This document shows positions 52,591 through 64,000 of a DNA stretch of 64,000 nucleotides, piece by piece. Made by a program: the position numbers and the translations under genes. Location: the NCBI RefSeq assembly GCF_006345805.1, contig NC_043008.1, forward strand, positions 65,348,001-65,412,000, in the 5' to 3' direction. Each line of letters begins with the position of its first letter. Position 1 is the stretch's first letter. The stretch comes from Octopus sinensis (taxonomy: Eukaryota). A model generated the notes under the pieces. That model was not told the origin of the DNA. It worked only from the letters and a program-made list of their open reading frames with translations, and did not search any database.

Positions 52591-52985
52591 ACACACATAT
52601 ATATATATTACAGAGCTCTACTCTTGGTTACTACACTTCTCCAAACAAAATGTCTCCAATATCCAGAACTTCATTTTACGCACAGTGCTGCAATATTTGC
52701 CGTCTAAGTGTTCCACACTCGACCACATCTAAAACTCGCCATAAAACAAGTACAATAGGACTGCGGAGAGAGAGAAAGAACATACGCACGCGAGAGAGTG
52801 AGAGGTGGGGGAGAGGGAGAAGCATTGGAGAAAGATGTGTGTGAGTGGATGCGCGAGAGCGAGAACGTGTGGCTAATATTCTTTGATATACTTTTTAAGC
52901 AAATAATCATATTAAGGAATTACAAAGATAATGCATAAATTTTTACACATATACATTGATGCATATATATATATATATGTATAAA

Positions 52986-53087
<102 letters not shown>

Positions 53088-53772
53088 TTACACATATATA
53101 TACACATATATATACGTTCATATATTTGTAAATATAAGGATATTATATATGTGTGTGTTTGTATGCGTTTATATGACTATATATATGAACACAGTGGCAT
53201 ATATGTATGTATGTATATATTTATATATATATGTCAGTGTGTGTATGTACTTATGTATGTATTTATGTATCACCCACTCACACACATAAAATAGGAGTAA
53301 AAGAGAGAAAAGAAAACACAATGTGCTTAGGAGTCTGTTTATGGAAATGGATCAGAATGCAAGATTTGGTAACTGAATCAGCGAAATGTAATCCCCTTAG
53401 TTTGATAAAGTTAATATTCCCAAAATAAAATAGAATACCTTATAAGAAAAAATGCAACGTTTCTCTGTTTGTGTTTTAAATTTTAAAAACAAACAATATT
53501 CCCTGTAGTGCAAAATGTATATATTTTTAAAGGGGAAAGTACGCTATACGGACAAACACAACGCTTATACTCACACACACACATACACACACGCACATAC
53601 ACACAGTCAAATATAAATATATAGATATATATATATATTATGTATGTATAAATATGCATATATACATAAACACATACATACAGATATATATATATATACA
53701 TATATATATATTATGTATGTATAAATATGCATATATACATAAACACATACATACATATATATATATACATAC

Positions 53773-53808
<36 letters not shown>

Positions 53809-53977
53809 TTTGAGGACAGTGGAAGGTGAGCCGTTAAAAAATAATATGAAATATATATTAAGAAGAAAACAGATAGGAAATAAAGAATATTGCCTTCACA
53901 AAAAAGAAAATTATAGGTACATATGCACATGTTTGTGTGTAATGGCACAGGTACTTTTTCTCTCTATCCCACTCTCT

Positions 53978-54023
<46 letters not shown>

Positions 54024-55603
54024 CTCTCGCCCCCACACACAAACACAAGTTACATATATAAACGTGTACACTTAGATATAAATATATGTGTACTTATATA
54101 TATGTATTTGTGTGCGTGTGTGTGTGTGGTGTGTGTTTATGTGTATGTGTGTAATTTCTACTTCTATGTAGATATAAAAAGAGACATATAGAGTGACTGA
54201 TACGTGCAGTTTTCTTTCTTTTCTGTGGTAAGTTGGACAGCTTTACTGTTACTTTAGTAGATGAGTTTCCTGTTGTTATATAAAAACAGAGATCAAAAAA
54301 CTTATAATCTCCTCTCTCTCTCATGTACACGCAACACACACGCAGTTATTCAACAATGATAGGCAGACAGTTAACGAAACTATATTACAGAATTAATATA
54401 CCGATTAAAAACATGTATCAATACTCCTGTCTCCATATATATTCAGTTATGTAACTTGATATAAATACAAAATTATACCGAAATTTAAGCGTTACTTAGT
54501 TATATATGATACAAATTATCAACGAAAAAATGGTTTTTCATTGTTTTAAATCATGGAAACTTTAAAATTGATGCTTATTCTTATTAAGATTACCAATAAC
54601 ATTAAATATATAGATATCATTTAATTTCTTTTTCCCTAAAAGTATTGGAGATGAGGAGAATGGCTACAGATAGTATCAATTATTAATCAGTTGTCGAAAT
54701 TCTTCCAGTTGAATTACACCGACAAGGTATTGAATCTGTATGATAATCAGATTGGGAAAAATGTCTTCCAACGTATTGTCTTTCTAATCATGAGATTTAC
54801 TCAATTACTTGAATATCCTTAACTGCATTACTACTGCCATCCTGTTTCCATAAGGTTCTTTGTTGACGGATAGATATTCGCGGATAATGGTGGAAACTTT
54901 CCTTATATAAACTCCAAGATGTATCCTGTTGGTCGATGACTTGTTAGAAAAATCCTTACCAGCAGAAATCATTCTTGGTATATGAAGCTATTTCCTAGTC
55001 TCACATCTCCGGAAAGGCTTTAATTTGTCATTATCTCATTGTTCTAAATTGTGGGCCTACACCTATTTTCTTATCGTGTAACATAACCACAGACACTGTC
55101 ACCACATGATTTAGCTAGCAGAATCATTTTCTCTGGGTAATAATATCCTCTTGTGCAAAGTCAAAGGACGTGAAACGTACACTCGTTCATTTGAGGCAGA
55201 GAAATTAAATTTCGATACATCTTACCACAACACGTATCTGTGACCACTAAAATAGCAAAAATTGAATGTGTGTGCACCCGCTTGTCTTTCTTCAAAGAAA
55301 AGTATTTTATTTTTGATTCTTTTTCTTTTTCTTTTTTTTCGCGCAACTCCTTCCAGTAGATCCAACTACATCAATCAGTTATGATGATGCTTAAGAGGAT
55401 CCTGTGTGTGGTATTACTTTTGAACGTCTTTCAAAATAACGACGGCACGCGTCAAATTCTCCACAAAATGAAAACAAAACGATGTACCTATCTGTCTCTG
55501 TTTTCCGTATTGTTTTTTTAGTCTGCTCTGATGGAGAACGTCCTTAATAGAAAACAGTTTCATTTAAGATACCCTCATCATAGTGAATATCCAACTTGAA
55601 CAG

Positions 55604-55667
55604 TAATAGTGGCAGTACATCTCAATTTACTTATGAAGTTGGACAGTTCTTGTTCGCACTTCTGACG
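55604..55667 (+). CDS. Candidate 64-nt exon (unidentified)
   Basis: AACAG acceptor, frame NSGSTSQFTYEVGQFLFALLT, and a strong ACG|GTAAGC donor. Confidence 0.2.
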
Positions 55668-56044
55668 GTAAGCTTTTTTGTTTATTCATCACAGTAGATC
55701 TTCGAAAGATTTAATCAAATCATTATTAATAGTTTGTTTAATTAGATAGTGTATTATATCGAATATCAAATTTAAATTTTTTTTTTCAGAATGTTCCTAA
55801 ATTAAGTAACGTTCATTTTCGAGGGCTTTATTAATAGAGTCAATATTTTCATTATGCTAATTAAAATTTTCTTGTGTAAACTAATATCATTTAAAAGAAT
55901 ACATCAAAATTCTCATTTTATTCACATATAGCTTGAAACGCAAGTGATTAAATAAACGGAAATAATTAACGTTTAATCACCAGTACACTCTTGCTTTTAA
56001 ATTTAAGAAGCCTCACATAAGCACACATCTAAGTGTATAAATAC

Positions 56045-56075
<31 letters not shown>

Positions 56076-56371
56076 TGCATACATAAATATTTACTCACAT
56101 ACATAGATACACGCATACATACTTATACACATACATACATACTTAAATATATGCATACATACATAAATATATACATAGAAAAATACATAAAAATTACATG
56201 CATAAGTATACATCGATATAAGTTTGTGTTCATGAGGTACAGTTTTTACTGCATACATATTTTGAATAGCTATGCTATAGTTTCAGTTTTCCATTCGGTA
56301 TTCAGTATTTACATATCAATCACTTACAAGTTGCTTAAGTTACTCAATTAATATTAATATTTCTAGTCCTT

Positions 56372-56812
56372 AAGTCGGCGACCTGCAAAACCCTTAACAC
56401 GCAAGGAAAGTGCTTATAGTATTTTGTCAACACTTATGTTCCAACTTCATATTCCACCGAAGTCGAATTTGCCATTCATCGTTTTCGAGTCAATAAATTA
56501 AGTATCCGCTGAAAGCACTGGAGTTGATGTACTCGACCTCCATGCTTTTCCACAATAACTGACCCTGTGCTAAAATTTGAAACCTATACTTACAGTTCTA
56601 AGGCTGTTAGCTGCCTGAATCGTTAGCACACCAGGCAAAATGCTTATTTGTATATCATCTCTACTTACCCTCTGAATTCAAATTCCGCCGAGGTCGACTT
56701 TGCCTTTCATTCCTTCAGGATCGATAAAATAAGTACGGTTTGAGCTCTGTTTCGATGTAATCGATTTACGCCTTTTTCTGAAATTGCCGGCCTTGCTCCA
56801 AACTTTGAAAGC
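56372..56812 (+). mobile_element. Head-to-tail dimer of family B SINEs (56372-56585 and 56600-56812)
   Basis: Two Nin/Deu-like monomers, flanked by the 16-bp direct repeat AATATTTCTAGTCCTT (56356-56371, 56813-56828). Confidence 0.75.
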
Positions 56813-58336
56813 AATATTTCTAGTCCTTTAAAGAGATGCACCACAAGAGTTCTAGCTTCCATAGCAAAGGCTCGAACACCAGTACGTATAGAAGAGAGGA
56901 GACATGACTACCTACACAGATCGAACGAGCATGCGATATGAAATGCTTCCAAGAGGTAGCCTCTTACTTTGATGCCCGACCAAGAACTACTGTGTATTGC
57001 TGCAATCAATGTAATATTTTTGTAGCATTTATGGTTTTCCTTGTACATACCAACTGAGCATTTTAAGCTTAACAGACACATTCAGCCATCACTATGTTAA
57101 AGAAAATATGAGGTGAAAATTATGAGAGAGGCAAAAAGCGAAAAATAAAACAAAAAAATATTTCTCGAAAAATTCCCATTGGTAAATTTAAATATTTATG
57201 AAACAGATGTCAGGATTTTTACCTCGTGTACTTTAAAGTGTTTACTTTCAAATAAGCACTTACTTTATTTCTTTTTTCTCTCTTCCTCTCCCTCTCTCTT
57301 GGTGCCTCACTCTATTTCTCATGCTCTTTTATTCTTTACCCTGTCTCTGAGTTTGCTTCTCACTACCTCTGTCTCTCACTCTCTCTTTAGCGCTCTCTCT
57401 TTCATTATCTCCCCTGTCTCTGACTTTCCATCGTGCATTGCTTTCCTTTCTCTCTCGCTCCCTTTCTCTCTCCTTGTCCTTTATTTTGTCTTTGTTCGTA
57501 ATTTCCTTTGGAAGGGATGTGGATGTTGTTACTGGTATTATGTTTGTTTATATTTTCTATGTATATGTATATTAGATTTACAATTTGTGAGATGTTTTTT
57601 CTGATATATTTGGGTTTCAGATTTCTTTTTGTATTTTCTATGCTTATTTCCCTGTTGTTTAGATATGTTTTTATCCGAAATATTGAATTCAAAAGTTTAC
57701 ATCACTGTGAAGGGAGAAACCACACACGCGCTCGCTTTCACACACACACACACTCACACGCACTCACAAAGATGCAAACGCATACACACACAAACGCAGG
57801 TTGGGAACTAAATCATAAACTCCCACATACATATACGCTTACATGAATACAGAAATGTACACTCATATATTCATGCAGAAAGATACGCATATATGTAATA
57901 TTTACAGATACAAAATAGACACAGTCACTATAAACAGAAAACAACGGACAATCACACATCGTTACGTAGAAATTCATAATACATTCAGAAACTGAAATAG
58001 TCATCCAGAAACACATATATAAGCACACATCTACACACATGCACGTACGAATGCACACAAATGCAGGTACACATTTGTTCATTAATATATAGTTTACGTA
58101 TACAAATGTATATACATACACATCCATACACTTTGTAAACGCAAACAAGTCGGCACAAAGGAATTGATATTCACATATAGTACTGCTAAATGTTGAAGAA
58201 TACATTTTCATACGACTTCAGGTGTATATACGTAATTATATATACAAACACACCAGCACTTTCACGTTACATACTTACATACACACCCACATATATATTA
58301 TATAATATATATATGTCTATGTATGTATGTACGTCT

Positions 58337-58381
<45 letters not shown>

Positions 58382-58769
58382 TATATATATATGTTTATAC
58401 AGAAAGAGAGGAAGGAGTGTGTATATATGTGTGTGTATGTGTGTGTTTGAACATATATTGTATATTGAGAAAAAGGAGAATTTTTGGAGAATTTATTATT
58501 AGTGCTTTCGTTCGGTTATCGAACTTGTTAAGGCAAAATCAAAATGGTAAAAACAGAACGTTTCGTTTTTCATTTATATGAATCAGATGTGTTTCTCGTT
58601 TCGTTTGGAAGAGGAGAAGAACTATTTTTGTTATTTTGGAAAAAAAAAGAAAAAGGAAAATGAAAAGCAAAGAGGGGAGGGGAGTAAATAAAGAGAAAGA
58701 GAGAGGTTTCAGGACAATCAAGAAAGATGGAAAGAATGATAAAGGATAGGGAAAGGTTAGAGAACAAAC

Positions 58770-58944
<175 letters not shown>

Positions 58945-60835
58945 TGTTTCTTTATTAGCCACAGGGCTGCACACAGATAGAACAAATTACAAGGTAGAGC
59001 TTTTCTTTTGAAGGTTTAAAAAAAAAAAAAAAAAAAAAAAGGAAGGGGGAGTTTCGATCAAAAGGGATCGTAAAAGGAGAGAAGAGGACAAAAGAAGGGG
59101 TGGGTTAAAAAAAAAAAAGGGGGAGAGGAAAAAAAATTGATCAATAGGGATCGTTATCACAGAAATGTCAATATGAATTGAAGGGGGGAACAGGTGAGGT
59201 TTACCCGTGGAAAGAAAAGCCTACGGAAAAGGACCACGGTAACCTCGGTCAATGAAGTCACATTTTATTTTTATTTTTTTTTTTTTTTTTTTTTGCAAAT
59301 AAGCAACTCTCTGTTTTCGATTTCTGGGTTCATAGGACTATGCTCAAGGTGGCTTCGTCATTCATACGTGCCATTCTTGCTACATTCACCCATCTTGTTT
59401 TTTTAAAACATTCGCTAGACAAAACTTGCCTCTCTACTCTCACTTTCCTTTTCAAGTGGTACTTGAAGAAGTTGATGAGAGATTGACCGAGAGGAAAGTG
59501 TTTGTCTCCAATCCTTTCAGACGCGTCCACCAGATACATTCTTTCGCCATAGCCACAAGGATGATGAAAATAGCTCTTCCTTCCCGTTTGAAGGAAGAGG
59601 CGTGACAATATTGACGATAGACTCAGCTGATAAACCGACTCGTCCCACACGTGACAGCAGTTGTTCGACATAAGCCCACAGGTCGGAAATTGTTGGACAC
59701 TGAACGAGTGCGTGCAGAACGGTTTCGTCGCTCTGACCGCATCTCGGGCAGGTCGGCCCGTGTTTCTCGAGCCGTGTCTGTAGAGCTTATCCCGAACGGG
59801 TAGCGCTTCTCGGTAGCACTGCCAGGCCAGGGATCTCTGGAAGTTGTCCATGGGCCCTGGCCCGAAAGTCGTCCCGAACAGGCGGTCAGGTACTCCTCGT
59901 CGACGTCCAGGTTCGCCCCGAGCTCGTCGTCGTACCTCCCCTCCACTAAACCCCTATAGAATGCTTTGGTTGTGTTGAAGTCACTTAAGGTCGACCCAGG
60001 ACGGAGAGTTGCTTGAGAGCAACGCGACACTCGCGGTGGCCATTCGCCCTTCCTCGGCCTCTTTTTGATCCACGACTGCAGTTCGGTCATGGAGACGAGC
60101 TGCGGGAAAGCGTGCCTCACAAACGGCGACCACACCTGTTCACCGTCGTCGTCTACATAGAGCCAGAGATGTCGCAGTCTCAGCGCGTGTCTGCGCATCA
60201 TCAACCACGGCATGCCCAGCCCTCCTTTTAACGGGTGTTGACAGCAAATGGATCGCTGACAATCGGGACGCATCCTTTCCACAAGAAGCGAAAGAGGATG
60301 CGTTGTAGTTTGGTGATGGTAGGGTCGGGACAAGGTACGACGGTCAGGCGGTAGTAGAGATGACGGACGCGTGTACGTGTTCGCCACCTCCGCTCGACCT
60401 TTTAGGGACAGTTTCCTCTCGGCCCATTGCCGGGCGAGGTGACCACCCTACTCGTTATCTCGTTCCAGTTCTTCTCCACTTGGAGGTCCGGACCGAACAG
60501 ACCCCGAGCAACTCAACCGGGCCGTCGTCCAGCGCCCACGACGGAGGCGCTGGTGGACGGCATGGGCTTGCTTCTCCAGGTGCCTAGACGCAAGCCCACT
60601 GACTTTTCCCGGTTGATTTTCGCTCCTGTCACCGCTTCGTAGTTTTTCAGTGTCTCGCCGACCAGCTCGATGTGCTCGTGGCTAGACACTATGACGGTGA
60701 CGTCGTCCGCGTATGCAGACACGCTCGTCCCGCATCCCAATTCTCGCGGGATGCCCCTTAGAGTCGCCAGCTTCCGCAGTAGTGGCTCAAGAGTCAATAC
60801 GTATAGAAGCGCCGAGAGGGGGCATCCCTGACGGA
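58945..60835 (-). mobile_element. 5'-truncated Tx1-clade (L1 superfamily) LINE
   Basis: [22 protein letters not shown]...SAYADDVTV...GAKINREKS; KGGLGMPWL; WQCYREALPVRDKL and a zinc-knuckle region. A ~390-bp 3' UTR ends in AATAAAGAAAC. GC- and CpG-rich, with several frameshifts. Confidence 0.9.
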
Positions 60836-60849
60836 GATAGATAGATAGG

Positions 60850-60891
<42 letters not shown>

Positions 60892-60938
60892 TATAGATAG
60901 ATAGATAGATAGATAAACAGATAGATAGATAGATAGAC

Positions 60939-60969
<31 letters not shown>

Positions 60970-60970
60970 C

Positions 60971-61021
<51 letters not shown>

Positions 61022-61033
61022 GGATAGATAGAT
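60836..61033. repeat. (GATA)n tract abutting the Tx1 5' truncation
   Basis: Direct observation. Confidence 0.95.
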
Positions 61034-62075
61034 AGATGAATAGATAGCCACAGTGAGAGAGAGAGGGGTGTTTCTTTTCAATTCCACGTAGTCAATCCAT
61101 TGAAGTTTCATTAAAAAGTATTTACCTGTTTTTCTTTTTCTTTATTTTTACTTCGCATTGTGTACCTCTCAGCATATTTGTCAATAAATACATTTTCTCA
61201 CAAGGGCTCGTAACCTTTCAAGATGGTCAATTTTAGGAAGTAGGTTGAAAAATAAAAAAAGAGTTCAAAGTTCAATATCCTATGAAAATTTATATTCCTA
61301 TACACTTGTAATGTCAAGTCCCAAAATCTGTGTAATTCCACGTTTGCATGTACAAATATTAAACATTAGTACAACAGTTATAAATTAAGAAAATTAAGTA
61401 GCAATATAAAAAAAATAAGTTGGTACTGCTTATAAGTCAATCTGTTTTCTATGTACATTTAATCAAACACCATAAATGAGTTTTGTGTTAATGTGTATAT
61501 TGTATGTTTAGCTGGAAGCCAATCTGTACGATATAAATGAAATAACAAAGCAGGGCCAACTTAAATATATTTTTGACTATCTGTCATGCTTTTGTAGGAT
61601 TTAGTTTTTCGTTTTAATTTCTCGTCTATATATAATATAATATGATATATTATGGTATACTATACTATATGATTAAATATACAGGTATATGCTAAAGACC
61701 TTTCCAAATCTAGACACCAATATCTAAGTGTTATCTAAGCCTTGTAACAATACTATAAGTAATTACCACAAGCAATGAATCCACAAGTATTTTCTACTTT
61801 TTGGCCTTAAAGAACAACCCATAATAATGTCATTAAATTTTTTTATGTAAATAGACAAACAAGAACTGCAAGTATATATTTATATCGTAAGCTGACAAGC
61901 GGATATCACTCTGCTTTCTACAAACTGTCGTTACATATATATACCTATGTGAGTGTGTTGGAGAGTGTGTGTGTTTGATTATACATATATATATATAGCG
62001 ATACATACATATACATAGTGTGTGTGTACTTGCTTATGTGAAAGCGTGTGCGATGGTGCGCATGCCGGTGGATGT

Positions 62076-62144
<69 letters not shown>

Positions 62145-62752
62145 ATCTATATATCTATGCATCTATGTATCTATGTATGTTATATATGTATGTGTGTATA
62201 CGTACTATCTATTTCTAGCTATGCACACATATACATATATGTATTATGTTAACTAAAATTGTACAAAGATAAATTAATATATAACTGCTTTCAATTTTTT
62301 CTTATCTGTTCTCTTATATACTTTACTCTCACAAAAATAATTCAACCCACCGCATCATTTTCATAACATGAAAGAAGGTCAATATTGAACAACTGAAGTT
62401 ATATAAATATTGATCTCATTTATATACATATATATATATGTGTGTGTGTATTTATTTATTTTGTTTATACATACATATATACATACATAACTTTGAATAC
62501 GTTATAGATTTGTTTGTATTATACATGCATACGATAGTTTTTATCTTCAGCACTATTTTAGCGCTTGTATATATAAATGAGCTTGTTCTGCTTAAATTTG
62601 AATATTTTATATTTACTTTATATTTCCTTATTCTGAATATATTTTAAAAGCATAACACTGTCTTGTGAGAAATAAATATTTCGGAATTAACAACCAGTTG
62701 AATTGCTGTCTATATTTTATATATGTTTTTGCTACTTTAAATACTGGCACAG

Positions 62753-62840
62753 AATAATCTGCTTTTTGGAACCATCCTCCTCTTAAATGGCAACAGAGGA
62801 AGCGTAACAGCATCGAAACAGGTCTCTATAGCTCTAAGAG
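62753..62840 (+). CDS. Candidate 88-nt exon (unidentified)
   Basis: CTGGCACAG acceptor, frame NNLLFGTILLLNGNRGSVTASKQVSIALR, and a GAG|GTAACA donor. Confidence 0.18.
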
Positions 62841-62884
62841 GTAACAAAATACACTTAAATGTGCAATCAACCACATTCTCTATG

Positions 62885-64000
62885 TTAGGCGTCAAGTATG
62901 AAATTTGTAGTAAGATATATGTTAAACTTTGACAGCTGCTCATTTTGCGCCATTATTATATTTTGACAATCTTTATTTTTGTTAGAAAGTTGACACATCT
63001 ATTTCTTTATTATAACTCATTTTGCGCTTCATAAAGTATTTATAAATTGTTTTTTTTTTTTGCTATTTATGTTTAGAGATGGATAAGTTGGAAATTCGTA
63101 CAGCTTTGAAATATGAGTTCTTTCTTGGAAATACAGCACCACAGACAGCTCGGAATATTGATGTAGCATCCTAATGTTATTACACAACGGACAGTATCAA
63201 ATTGGATTGCAAAATTTCGTTCTGCTATCTTTGACTTCCCAAATGAGCAACACAAATGAGCAACCAGAAACAAAGGCGGATAATAACGAAATGAAAGCCA
63301 TCTCAAAGTGCCCGTGAATTATAGTTGTTTGGTGTTAGAAAGCAAACAATATTGACCCACCTAGTTCAAATTGGTAAAGTGAAAAATTTGAATAATTGGG
63401 TTCGACATGAACTCAATGAAAATCAGAGACAGCAACGTTTGGAAGCCTGCATTATGCTACTTTCTCGTCACAAAAATGTAATGAGAAATGGATCCAATAC
63501 AAAAACCGAAAACGTTCAGCACAATGAGTGGACAAAGACTAGCCACCAAAACGCAGTCTAAAATGCAAAGTTCATCAAAAGAAGCTGATAGTGTGTGTTT
63601 GGTGGTCTGGTACAGATGTGATCTATTATGATTTCATTAAAACTGTCTCATCAACCAAGGCGGAATTTTACTGCAGCCAACTGGACCAAATGATGCAGAA
63701 ACTTACAAAAAACAGCCTAGATTAGTCAACAGATCGACTCCTATTTTATTGCAAGACAACGCCAGATCACACATGGCAAAAATGACATTGGCGAAACTAC
63801 AGGAGTTGGAGCTGGAAGTTGTCCATCATCCACCATATTCATCTGATCTTGCTCCCACTAACTACTCCTTCTTCCAGAATTTGGAAAACTTTTTGATAGG
63901 AAAAAAGTTTTCATTTCGACGATGCTGTAAAACAGGCCTTCCAAGGTTTTTTACTCTAGATTGCTAGGGTTTTACAGTTCCGGGCTGCACAAGCTACCGC
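62885..64000 (+). mobile_element. Decayed mariner transposon running off the window end
   Basis: MDKLEIRTALKYEFFLGNTAPQTARNI near 63078; NEKWIQYKNRKRS; LLQDNARSH...HHPPYSSDLAPTNYSFFQNL. The left TIR position is approximate. Confidence 0.9.

Noticed and set aside
54700-55000. Possible decayed Penelope RT on the minus strand
   Set aside because: Only fleeting motif resemblance across multiple stops; not supportable by eye.

Overview
AT-rich, microsatellite-saturated animal genomic DNA. The repeat landscape resembles coleoid cephalopod (Octopus-like) genomes; this is an inference from recognised repeat families, not a database result. Most ORFs in the supplied track are artefacts of (AT)n, (GATA)n, (CA)n, (AAT)n and (GAT)n tracts. 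Mobile elements dominate the window: several tRNA-derived SINE families, two RTE LINE fragments, a GC-rich Tx1-clade LINE, an R4/Dong-like LINE fragment, a decayed Gypsy pol, four mariner remnants, Helitron-like elements, palindromic MITEs and a possible Penelope GIY-YIG remnant. There are two recent tandem duplications of about 1.3 and 1.4 kb. No host gene can be identified with confidence; only weak candidate exons are seen. The main leads are: (1) a tRNA-headed SINE whose tail folds into a minimal Penelope-type hammerhead ribozyme, present as two complementary degenerate copies; (2) a Tx1 LINE and an RTE LINE, each embedded in a (GATA)n tract; (3) a SINE dimer bracketed by a perfect 16-bp direct repeat; (4) an RTE with three C-terminal C2H2 fingers; (5) long near-perfect hairpins; and (6) a candidate terminal exon with remote G-alpha-like C-terminal motifs.
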